NCBI GenBank assembly: GCA_900088475.1
Contig: FLMG01002243.1
Location: forward strand, 1 to 52,434
DNA length: 52,434 nt
Direction of reading: 5' to 3'
Source of the DNA: Hyphochytrium catenoides
Taxonomy: Eukaryota; Protista; Hyphochytriomycota
Shown here: positions 35,401 to 47,662 of the stretch, in pieces
Numbering within the stretch: the stretch's first letter is position 1
Layout of the letters: every line of letters starts with the position of its first letter
The notes under the pieces: model-generated
Database searches by the model: none
What the model was told of the DNA's origin: nothing
The model's input: only the letters and a program-made list of their open reading frames with translations
Position numbers and translations under genes: made by a program

Positions 35401-38400
35401 CCTGTTTTCTAAATGTCGTCCAAATGCAGGTTCCAGGCATGGCAAACAAGAGGAACGTTAAGGACTTGATCTCGCGCCTGGTTCATTTTGCTCTATCGTC
35501 TGAGGGCATCTACAGGTTGGGCTCATTTTCTGGGGAGGACTCTTCCTTCATACTAGTCCCTTGATAATTTATTCATCTCATTGGGCTTGTCAGTTATCGC
35601 CGGATGTTGGGTTCATCTCCTACCGCCTGCTGCTTAGGGTGCTTGGACCCTCACATATGCGACCTATTGCAAGTGATGTCTTCAACATTCTGGAAACTCT
35701 TGCATTTGTCTTGTTTTCTCTCTGCTTACTCTTACCTCGAATGACACTTTCGTCCTTCTGTGTGCAGGAACGAGCTTATTTCCCGCATTCTCTCGATATG
35801 CTCTGAGGACAAATATGCCATCATCTCAGACTTCGAGTGGTATCTAAGCATCCTACTCGACTTATCTCACATACATGCCACACAACACGGGCGGAGCATT
35901 GCTGACCAACTCATTGACGTGGCCGTGAGGGTTGAAAAAGTTCGCGCCTACGCAGTTGAGATGCTTATGAATCTAATTATGGAAGGGAGCAAGGTGTTGG
36001 ACGGCTCAAACAGCACAATGGCGGAGGTTCTCTTCGCTGCTGGGTGGATGGTGGGAGAATATGGCGAATGTACGAGGGATCTCTTGGCCGAATCTGGTAA
36101 GAGAAATAAAGCAGAGGGTAATTATATGATGAAGAGCCGCTGAGGTAGTGCAAAGAGTGACAGCGGGAATGACAGACAATAGTGTAAGGGCTAGACCCCG
36201 AAGCATCACAAGTGCCTGCACAAAGAAGAATGGTTAACCTAACCTCCATCTCTCCTTCTCTCTTAATCTCTTATTCTGTACATAGACGACGAGGAGACTG
36301 AGGAGCTTACCTTCTACACTCTTCTAGAGGCTCTCCTCTCTCCACGCACTCTGCTTCTACCGCCGCACGTCCAAGCAGTGTACATGCAGAGCTCTTTGAA
36401 GCTCCTTAGGGCGTTTGCTCATCCTGACTTATCTCTAGAAGACTTTGAGGAGCTCGCGGCCCTTGTGGTGAAGAGGCTGAAGGCATTTTTGCAGGTAAGC
36501 AGGCAGAGCTCAAAGAAGTGGGATAATGGGCAGAAAAGCGGTCCGGAGTCCGTGGATCTAGACTAGGAAAGGAGGGGCAAAGGGAAACGAGGAGCGAGAG
36601 AAAGACGTCCGCCAGCGGTGGCATCAACAGCGAAGAAGGTCAGCCGGGTAGTGGGGCCGGGGGAAGGCGACTGACTCGTTTTACGACTGCCTTAGCTTTT
36701 GATTGGTCCGGTTGTCTTCTGAGGTAACGGTCTCTTGTATCTTTGCGCAGAACCCACATGTAGAAGTCCAGGAGCGCGCTTCTTCCATCCGGGAGCTCAT
36801 TATCGCCCTCGGATATGGCTGGGATGGACTCAGCCAGAAAGAGAGAAGGACAATGGAAAGAGAAAAGAAAGACAATGGGGCTGGAGAGAATGACCTTCTC
36901 TTCCTATCACCGGATGTGAAGGAGTTCCAAGCAGTGATTGATAAGTTTTTTAAAGAAGAGCTAGCGCCCGTGAATCCCAAGGCACAGAAAAGAGTTCCTG
37001 TGCCTGCTGGACTGGATTTGGAGCAGCCGATAAACAAAGACAGTTCTAGAGTGCTGGGTAGGGGAGACGATGGAGGCAAGAAGACTGAGGTTCTGTCTGT
37101 TTCGTTTACCGCAAGAACATTGCGGGAGGAAGAGGAGGAGGAGGAAGATGAGGACTCAGGTACGGAGGACAACAGCTTGACTTTACTCTCCTTATCTATT
37201 CTTTTTCCTTGGTCCCTAACCTCTGTCCCAATGCCTGCCTGTTCCTCTCGCCTATGGCTATAACGTTTCCCGCATGTATATCACTCAACATCATGGCTCC
37301 TAACAGATAATGAGCGCACCGCTCTCAGGCCAGATATTGACTCTTATTCGCGCAAACAGTAAGTGCTATTTCTCCTCTTGAATGTTTTTCTTCTCTTGGC
37401 AGAAGAGGGAAAGTGGAGTAAGAGGATAACAAAGAAGGGAGACTCACTTTTTCTTTATCTTTTATGGGCTCAGGAAGGAAAGCAGCGACTGGGAGTCCAA
37501 CCCCTTCTACATCTCATCCAACAAAGAAGTAAGCATTGTCACTGTGCACTAGATGTCTTACTCCTACTAGACCTCAGATCTGTTCTTCCCATCTGCGCTG
37601 TCAGCTCCCTTGCTTTTATCTTTAAAGAAACCTCATATCCTTTTATCTTCGCCTTTCTCCTCAGACAAATGACATCGATAGGAAGGGTGATTTGGGCCTA
37701 TTGGAGACTCCCCTGGTAAAGGAACGCGGCAGTTTACTCTCTTTACACACTTTGTTGCGCGAACCTACCCCGCTAATAGTGAGGAACGGTCCCTCCCCTG
37801 CCTTTCACCGCAATAGGATGATGAATATGATGAGATCGGCTTGCTAGGAAGTAAAGAAGGGAGTTCCAAGAAGAAGAGCAAGAAGAAGACTAGTCACAGC
37901 GTACGCAGTATCTTCTCTCGACTACGAATTGAGCCCTTTCTCGATTGCGTCTTGGCAGTGCCCTCTCCTTCAGAACGCCCAGAGCTATTTTCTGGAGGTT
38001 CCTTGTCTCCTGGTCCAGATGTTCTGTTCTTGCGTGTGTCTGGAGGTGCTCATATGTAGATGGTACTGACTTTGATCTAAATCTTGGTATAGAGGAAGGC
38101 AGAGAAATATGCAGTAAACAAGGAGGAACTAATGGTGAGCCGATCACAGTGTTACAAGCTACTCATTCCACTCGTTTTTTAGCAGCTAAAAGCCTTTGGC
38201 TTCTTCTCGACGGACATAGATGCAATTTCTAGCTTACATTATCGTGTCTATACTGCCTTCGTACCTACTGTGCCTCTTCTCACCCATTATCCACAGCCCA
38301 CTGGTGCCTCCCTTAGTGATGAAGGAACCAGCAGGAGAAGGTCGCTCAAGAAGGAAAGAGATTTTGAGGTAAGAGTAACGAAAAGGAGGGAAAGAGGCAC

Positions 38401-40694
38401 AATGAGAATATTGACCGATTCAATCAATGACAAGGCGAGGAAAAAACGGAGGGTAAGAGACAGAGGGAAGGGGCAATGGACAATGGCGTGAGGGAAGCAG
38501 ATGGATTGAAGGGAATCAGGGGTGCAAGTGCGGCGCAGTGTAATGTATGCTAAAAGAGCTGTGTTCCTGCAGGAGGCTGCGAATATTGCAGAGGTGGATC
38601 TTACAACTCCCCTAAGGTACCTTCTCCCTTTCTCTCTCATGCTCCCTCTTGCGGTCTCTCTCTTATTCGGGTAACTCTGAGTGTATTACTGCTCTGGCTT
38701 CCTCCTTCCTGGTCTTGCACGGCTTTGGTATTGCGAGAGCAGAGAGCAGGGTCCATTTTCAGTCGTCTTAACTACCTGTTATCTTCTGCTTGTTATCAAG
38801 GGAGGATGAGCGGATACCCGACGATCATTGGTTTCATAGAGAAGTGCAGAATAGTAGCAAGAAGAAAAAGGAAAAGTCTGGACGATCGCGGGCTCCCTCT
38901 TCATCGTCCAGGACAGGAAAGGCAGAGAAGTCGACAAAAGAGAGGAGAAGAAAGAAGGAAAAAGGGGATGTCACCCCTCCTACTTCTTCCCAATCTGGCA
39001 TTGTGGCAGACCTTCTGGATCTGGACTTTGCTGGCGCTTCCACCTCTGCTGCAGTCCCTTCAAAGAATGTCCTTAGTACGGCGGTCAAGAAAGAGAAAGG
39101 AGGTAAGCATAGGAATGTGGCTGTTTCATAGCAAAATTAGGCCAAGGGAAAGACGAAAATGATAACCAAGCGGGTTGACCTAAGAAAGTGATTTTGGCCT
39201 GCGTCTGCTACCAGGGCACTTCCCTCTTAGTACTAAGCTCCGGACAGCCTTAGTTCCCAGCCAGATTGGTTATTTCCCTTATGCCTTGTCTCCTTTCAGC
39301 CTCCATTTGCTCCTCTACTATTATAATGCTATTGCGTTGGCCATACTCTTCCCCTTACCTTTCTCTTCTCTCCTCTCTCTGCCGATCCCACCAACCACGT
39401 CATCGATGCTCTAAAGATTCAACATCAAGGAGGAAGCAGAAGGTGAGCTGCTGCTTAAGCGGCAAACGACTCACTCTTCGTTTGCTCTGTCTTCCATTCC
39501 CAAACTATCATAAGCCAAAGGCTTGGAGTTGTTGCTGTCTGCTGCCTCTCGAAACTCATTAGTACGTATCGTTCTTTCTGATACTTGCCGTTCTCCCCGT
39601 CCTTATCCTTACAGTCAACGAAGTCCTCGAGGCGTTGGGTGCATGTGCTAGAAGAGCGTGGGGTGGCTGTTTTTGCGGCTATGAGCCTGGACCCATCGAG
39701 TCAGGGAGTAGGAAGACAGAAGGTATGCCTCTTACTCGTCACTCCTTGTTGGGGCTGCTGAACCTTTCTACTTCCACCTTCTGCACCTTCCCTTGTTTCT
39801 GACCTGCAAGAACTTGCTGGAAGATAAGCCGACTGTCGTCAGGCTTCTTTGGAGGACATGACTTTGTCCGTTGTTATAACTTTCTACCCTTCTGTCCAAG
39901 CTCTTTGTCTTTCAAATACTCTGGGCTCTCCCTTCTTATTCCGTCTGCCCACTTTCCAGGTTGAGATTAGGCTTCGGTTTAAATTGAAGAAGTCCGGCAA
40001 AGTTGCCAACCTAGAAGCTCGATTCTTCGACTCTTCCACTGTGCGTGTGGAAGGAGACGACGGAGATAAAAGATTAGAAGAAGCAGGGACGAGAGGCGAA
40101 AGGCTTGAGACAGGCGGTTATTTATTCCGGGTTGCTAGCAAGCTGCGCGAGAAGGAAGAAGAGAACGTCAAAATGTTCGTCTCTCTCACGCCGTTGCTCT
40201 CCGGACAAGAGCTGAAAGGCTCAATATCCTTCGAAGCGAAAGGGAATGCCTTTGATTACCCAGTCTTTCTCTCGATTTCCCCCTCTTTGTTTCTTCAACC
40301 TACGGATCTTGCCCATGAGGACTTCCTGGACTTGATGGCTTCCAGCAGCAAGTGGTCAGCCAGGAAGCTTAAGTTCGAAAAAGAATCGGGAAGAGACTTT
40401 GCGGAAGACGAGGAAGAGAAAGACAGGAGAACGGTGGAATCTCTGACGAAAGAGGTGCGGCGGGTGGTGCCTTCTTCTCTTGTGGATGAGGCGCATGGTT
40501 GTGTGGCTCTATACGCTAGGCATCTCCTTGGGCCTCATGTCGCCATCCTTATCAAAGAAGGCGGGACAGGACGCAGACGGGATGATGGAAATGGAAAGAG
40601 GAGAGCAGGGCGATTGACTCTGGAGCTCAAGACTTCGGATGACAGTCTCACACAGGCGTTAGCGGAGGACCTAGAAGAGATGGTTCCCCGGTAG
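32483..40694 (+). CDS. AP3D1: AP-3 complex subunit delta (about 21 predicted exons)
   Basis: MFEKNLQDLVKGIRSHK...LTYLQMLGYDMAWTAFNIVEVMSS, HKRIGYLAA, VVSAAVNVICELSHKNPKNYL, NNWMLIK, DPDQNLKYLGL, DFEWYLSIL, EVQERA, ELAPVNPKAQKRVPVPAGLDL, a hinge NPFYI and a C-terminal ear exon. All junctions I resolved are GT-AG. Confidence 0.97.
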
Positions 40695-41456
40695 CGCACA
40701 TATCTATTTCTTGCTAGTTTTCCCCCCTCCAATCTTCTTTTCTGTGCGCCTCTCTTCTTTCTCTCTCTCTCTCTCTCTCTCTCTTTCGTCTCTTCAAGAG
40801 ATGATCACCTTAATAGTGGGCTAAAATAATGCGAACGGCGTCCATTCTTACCGGGAGAGGTTATGCTGCTACTTCTACATTCTCATTATCTCTTCGAGGC
40901 AGAGCGTTCCTGAAAGTCTAGCGCTGTCGCTTCACGCTCAGATGCTCTGCGTGGTATCACCCGGTTCGGCCCTGACCCCCGCTAACTTTTACGTGCGGTA
41001 CAGGGTCAGCAAGGCCCTTAAGAATACGGTGGACAGAATTGAACAGCAGCGAGCGGTGGAAGAATGGGAAGAGCGGAGGAGAGAGAGAGACCAAACTTTT
41101 GTTGAACAAGTGAACGGACGGACGTTTAGCGAAGCATAGGAGGGAAACAGATGCTGGAAGAGGGACCAAGGTCCAAGAGGAAAAAGTGATAGGAGAACGT
41201 GACATTAGACATTAGTGTCTTCGATAGATAAAAGGAAGAGAGATTTGAAGGTCACAGTGTGTCTGGGTGTGTCCCCTCTCTCTTTAGATTGCCCTCTCTA
41301 TGTAGATGCCGGACAGTACGGGAGAAGCCAGGAGATACGCCTGAAGGGAGTATGAACATTGAGTCTGCGAGACAGCGTGTCTTGTGTCACGGCAGACAAG
41401 CCCGAGCGCCAGAGGGGCATGGGCTTGATTTAACCCAGAGAGAAAGATAGAAGACC

Positions 41457-44400
41457 CTACTCTTCTGCGGGCAGAGGGGCGATGCCGTCATCATACTTCG
41501 ACATATCCTCCTCCGCAGCCGCTGGAGGAGGATCGCCTTCTGCAGGATCGTCGTCTACGGTCCCCAGCTGGGCTTTCAGCGTGCGGATCGTGGCCTTGAG
41601 TTTGGCAACTTGCTCTGATTCGGCATTCTTGGCTGCATTGTTAGTGATCAGCTTGACGCGGGAAGCGTAGGCCAAAGAGGTCTGAGTCTCTTCCTACAGC
41701 GATAAGGAGATGATCGTGCGTGCCACGTCGTGAGAGACCAAGCAAGTGCAAGAGAGAAGAAGAAATAAAGATAGACAAGATGGGGCTACTGTTGGCGAGA
41801 GAGAGAGGGAGGGAGAGACAGAGGCAAGCACAGAGAGAGAGACAGAAAGAGAGAGAAAGAAAGAAAGAACCAAAAACAAGTGGGAAGGCGAGGGATTGAG
41901 GGCTAGTGTAGAGTTGTGCAGAAACGAAAGGAAGCAAACCAGCACGGAGAGAGAAGAGAAGCATTGGCTGTCCGCCTAATCACCTGATTGTAATCCGCGG
42001 GAGAGATGTTCACGAACATCAGCTGTAAGTCATGACCGTGCAGACAAGGAAGTAAACGAGATAGGGTCAGCGAATCATCACGGGAGGGGAGAACGTGGCA
42101 CGAAGGAAATGAAACACTGAGAAGGAGGAAAGCGTGCATGAGAAGCCTAAGTTTATCTCATCTGCCGCTACCTACCGTCTTGGCGTTTCCTCCCAAAGAA
42201 TCTTGCATAAGCTGGGTCAACTGCGGAGGGAGAGACAGAGAGCGAGAGAGAGAAAGAGAAAGAGTGTGAGGTTGGAAAGAAGAGAGAGATAAGAAGAGAG
42301 AGAAGAGAATAAGGAGCTTTGACTAGAGGTCTTCCAGCTTCTCTGGGAACGCAGCGTACCTTGTTGTTCCTGTACGGAATGAACTTCTCCCCAGTTGACA
42401 GTGCGGAGATGACATCACCCAAGGCTGTGAGTGCAGGAAGAGATAGAGCGAAGATGAGCAGGACTATCTTGGAGAGGGTAGAAGGTAAAAGACTCCGTAA
42501 GCATGACGAGACAGCACAAATTTGTAGAGAGACAAGCACAGGGCAATCACGACAGTGAGGAAAGGAGGCGAGCGGAGAGACGGATTGAAGAGAGAAAAAT
42601 AACGAGAGATGAGGGACTTGGGTCAAGAGAGCGGACGAGATAACTGCACAGAGAGAGAGAGAAAGGATAAGGGGAACATAGGCTCCACCGTACAGCTCAA
42701 ACTCTTGTTGATTGCTTGGGCCTCTTTCAGCCTCTCTGCGGTAGCTCCAGTCTTCCCAGCACGCTCACTGCCTGCCAGGTCCACTAAGCTGAGCTTGCCG
42801 ATAGTCGTCTGTACGGAAGAGCGGGTTGATGGGACGACAGAAAAGAGGTACATGGAGAGGCAAAGGGTGATTAATCATACCCTCCTTTCTCTTTACACCC
42901 AGTCGTCCCACTCTCCTCTCTGTCTCTCTCTTTTTTCTCTCTCTCTTTTTCTCTCTTTCTCTCCCTCTCTCTCTCTCTCACTCTTTCTCTCTCTCTATCT
43001 CTGTGTGTCTATATATGTACCTCTCTCTACTTCCCCATATCCCTTTTGCTCTTCATCTTTGCTGATGACCGTGTCACTCTTTATCCGCCACCTAATGTAT
43101 GTTCCTTTTCTCCACTCCACCTGTTCCGAGGAGTCCCTTTCTCGTTCACTTCTCTCTCTCTTCTTTCTCTCTTGTCCCTCTTGTCAATCTCTCTCTGCAC
43201 TAACTTTCTCCCGCACTCTTGTCCATCCAGCTCTCCTTCTCCCTAACCTGCTTGGTGGTGCTGTTATAGCATTCTATAAGAATAGAGAAGATGAGATGAC
43301 TCCGGCTGCTCTCGGCGTTCATCTTTGTTCCTCCAACTCTTCTGAGAGCATTCCCTCTCTCAAAGAGAGAAAGAAGCTCCTCGGGACTGTTGGCTGCCTT
43401 TATCACGATGTTCTTCACAAAGACGAGACCCTTCTCATCTTTCTTGATGTCAAGCTTGGGCGGCGCGGCTTTGAAGGCGAAGAGCGACCGAGAAAAAAAG
43501 AGACTAGTTAGAGAAAAGGGAGAGAAGAAGATGGAGAAGGAGAAAGAGAGACACACATAGAGAGAGAGAGAAAAGACATTGAGAACTAAACACTCAAACG
43601 CCACGCCGGGGGCGAGGGGAATTGTGGAGTCGGAGACTCAAAAGGTGGGACCCAGCCACGCACGCTAATGAAAAGCTAGTGAGCCAGAGAGGTGGATAAT
43701 TCAGAGAAGGGAGGGACACACACATCTTGTCTCTCTCTCTCTCTCTCTCTCTCACTCACTCTCTGTCAGTCAGTTTAGCCCTTCCTTTCTCTCTTTCTAT
43801 GTGTTCGTATGTCCTACCTGCTGGCCCATTCTCCATCCGATGGTAAAGGTCTACAAGGTTGTCCATGTAGAGCTCACACATATAAGAAGTAACCTTGACC
43901 TTTCTCTCTGCGCCCCCATTCTCCCTCTCTCCTTCCTGAATCAAGCCAAAAAGATGCTCAATTGCTCTCCTGGTCAGCCCAGGAGCCGAGGGACTGCCAA
44001 CCATAGTAAAAGTCTTTCCACTTCCTGTCTGTCCGTAGGCAAAGATGCATACATTGTACCCGTCAAGCGCTGACTGGATGAGGTTGGCCGTGTCTTCGAA
44101 GATCTGTTCCTGTGTGCTTGTTGCAGAGAAAGCTGCGTCGTAGTTGAACTCTCGCGGACCTCGCGGCGTCTCCAGGATGAGGCATTGCTAGGGTAAGAGA
44201 CAGAGGAAGAACAAAAATCGGGAAAGTGACAGAAGAAAGATATGGACAAGCGGGGAGTGGGGGAGAGAGAGAGAGAGAGAGATATTAGGCGGGAAGACAG
44301 ACGGACGGAAGAGACACGAAAGTTGGCGGAAGAATGAAAGGCATGGAGGAAGTAGATGAGTCGCTGAAGGAAACAGGGAAAGAGAGACAGGCAGACTCTG

Positions 44401-46061
44401 CTCTTTCGGCGGCTCTTTCCCATACAATCTCATCTCTCCATCCTCCTCTGATTTTGTGTGTTGCCGCTGTCGTTACTCTCTCTCTCTCTCACTCTCACTC
44501 TCTCTCTCTGTGTTTCTCTTATACTGTCTCTCTCTTTCCGCGTGTACCCTCTCTCCTTATCTAATTCTCTCTCTCTCTCTCTCTCTCTCTTACCTCATCT
44601 TTAAAAGTCACAATGCTCTTGCACTGCTTCTCCACCTCTGAGCCACTCATCGGTCTACAGCGCGCGTAGACTCGAATCTTCCCCTTCATATCTTCGATGA
44701 TGTTGAAATACTTTTTCCGCAGCATCTGCTCGGACTTGTACGAGCTCTCCAGGTCAGAAACCTGCTTTTGCTTCTCTTTCAGAGAGGCAGTGAGAGAGTC
44801 CACCTACAGCGGGAAGAGAGAAAGAGTATAAGAACCTGAGGATTGGGCGGAGAAGGGGAAACGTCTTATGAGAGGACAGAGATCAGGACGCCAGCCTTCT
44901 CACTTCGTGTCCGCGGGTTAAAAACGTCAGTCGAAGTAGGAATTGGAGTGCTACGGGAACGAACAAGAAGAAGAAGAAGGAAAGAGAGGGAGAGAGATGG
45001 AAAGAGAGAGAGAGGACACAGAGAGAGCAGCAAGCGATTGGAAAGAGAGAAAAGAGGACCAAAACATTGGGAAGAGAGACAAAAGAGAGAAAACTGAGCT
45101 CAATCAGGCATTGCCTCACCTGTTCGGCTAGTGGCCTGAGCCGAGAGATTTCCTCTTCCAAAGAGGAAATCTTAGATGTCTCGCTTTGAAGCTGAGCTTT
45201 CTCAGTCTTCAGCTGCATACCATCAAAAAAAAGAAGAAAGGGAAAGAAAGAGAGAGAGTTAGAGAGAAACAGAGAGAGACGAGGATAGATGAGACCGAGA
45301 GAAGGTAGAAGAGAGAAGGGAAAACAGAGATGAGAAACAGACAGGTCGAGGAAGGGAGTGGACGCTGGTCACGTTCAAGCACAGAAAGACAGAGGAGAAG
45401 AGAGAGCTTGCTGGGAAGAGACACAGAGCCATAATGATAACGAAATGGCTGTGACAAAGGTTTAGACCTTGCCTAGGAGAAGAAGAAGAGTGCTCTCCGC
45501 AAAACGAGAGAGAACAAGGAGAGATAAAAGATACAGAGACGAGAGAGAGACGGAGAGAGACAGGGCGAGGGAATTCTAGTGCCAGTTTAGCTTTCCATTT
45601 CACCTTCTGCAACTCCTCGCTAAGTAACGCTTTGGATTGATCCGTCTCTTGCAAAGCCTTTTGAAGCGTCGCAAGCTCTTTCGCTCGTTCTCTCTCTTCT
45701 TCCTCCCTCTCTTTCTTGTGCTTCTTCTCCATCTCCTGGAGCTTCTTCTCCAATCCTTTCTTTCCTCCGCCTTCCTCCAGCTCTTTCTCTTTCGCCAAGG
45801 CTGCTTGAAGCTTTGTTTCCGCCTTGGTTAGACTTGCTTCTAGTTGCTTGATTTTCACCGCTTGCTCCTGGGGCACCCGTGTAAAAAGAAGCCAGACGAA
45901 AAGGGAGAAAGAGAGAGAGAGGAGATAGAGACGAGAGNNNNNNNNNNNNNNNNNNNNNNNNNNNNNNNNNNNNNNNNNNNNNNNNNNNNNNNNNNNNNNN
46001 NNNNNNNNNNNNNNNNNNNNNNNNNNNNNNNNNNNNNNNNNNNNNNNNNNNNNNNNNNNNN

Positions 46062-46092
<31 letters not shown>

Positions 46093-47631
46093 AGGAAAGA
46101 CGACGGACAACAGAAGGTACGTCAGGCCAAATTCGAAGCTTAGGAAGAAGAAAGGGTTGGCTCAAAGAACTGACCGGGCCAACGAGGCAAAGATTGGAGC
46201 AGGAGGTCCACAGAGGAACTAGCGAGAGACAATCTTAAAGATGGAGCAAGAGACAGAGAGATAGGGAGCCAGCGGATCAATAAGAAACAGGGGGAAAGAG
46301 AGTGACCTTGAGCTGCTTCTCTAGTGCCTTGTTATTGCTAGTCGGCTTGCCGGTGTCCTTATCCTTCTTCTCTCCCTTCTCCTTCTTCTCTTGTCTCTCT
46401 TTCTCTCTTTCTTTCTCATCCTTCTCCTCCTTTTCCTCTTTTTCCTGATAGGGAACAAGAGAGGAAGCAGAGGTATCTGCTGCCTCTTCCTGTCTGCTAT
46501 TGGCGAGTTCCAAGGCCTCTTGGAGCTCTCTAACCTTCCTCTGTAGCTCTGCAATCTCATTGCTTTCTCTCCCTTGCAATTCGCTCTTCTTTCTCTCTCC
46601 TTTGTTATTCTCTTCCACTTTCTCAGACGAAAGAGTAGAGAGAAGAGGTTGGGAAGATAGGGAAGATGGCTCTTCTGTCTTGTCCTCGAGAGGAGATGAG
46701 GCTGGTGCCGAGACTTTTATGGAGGCAACTACATGTTGGAGGAGAGAGGAAGACGTCTCAAGTGCTGAGAGGAGAGAGAGTGTCTTCCTTTCTCCTCCCT
46801 CTCGCTCTTCCTCTTCCGCTTCCTCTCCCTCCTTGGCTCTCTCTCTCAGCTGCTCCAGAGCCTCATCCAAGGCATGTCTTAAAGTCTGTGCATTCTTCGG
46901 AAGAGAAAGCTCTGCAGCTGCCTGCAAGTCACGAAGAAGAGGATGGGGGGAGAGGAGAGATGGATGCGAAGAGAGGAGCTGGCAACAGGTACGGTAGAGC
47001 TGGCCACAGGTGAGAGCAGGGAGAGCAAAAAGAAAGAATTGGGAGTCAGAGTTAGTCTACTTTGACTCGTAAGACTATGTTTGAAGCAAGAAAGAAAGGC
47101 GACAGCAGGGTTGAGAGATGAAGAAAGGAGAAGAGAGGGAGAGACAGAGAGAGGGATAGAGAGGGAGACAGAGAGAGCGAGAAAGAAAGTAAGGGAAAGC
47201 AGAAAAGCAGTACTTTGCGCACCTCAAAGCATTTTTGTCTCTCTCCCTTGTTCCAGAGCTCTTTCCCTTGCGTGATTGTGCCCTCTATCTCCTGAGCTAG
47301 CTTCAAGGCCAGATCCTAGTGACAGACAGGTGCCGAAACGAGAGATGAGTGTAGGTAGGGCGAAGAGAAAGAGCAAGAGCAAGAGAGAGACAATGACTGA
47401 GGCAAAAAGAGAGAGAGAGAGAAAGAGGAGAAGAAAGGAGAAGAAGGGAGAGAGGGGTAGGAGCATTGCCGGATTAAGGAGAAGCAGAATAGAGTTTTCT
47501 ACAAAAGTCCAGCTGGGGAAGCTCCAAACGCATGGGAACCAACGTAAACAGACCCATCGAACCCCGCCAGAAGAGGGGAGAGACATAGCTGGAGCCATGA
47601 AGCTGACTTTAAGGAAAGGTAGGAACAAGAA

Positions 47632-47662
<31 letters not shown>

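Noticed and set aside
32483-40694. Functional clustering of trafficking genes (Sec7, WASHC3, AP-3 delta, kinesin)
   Set aside because: They are interspersed with unrelated housekeeping genes in mixed orientation; trafficking genes are common enough for chance co-occurrence.
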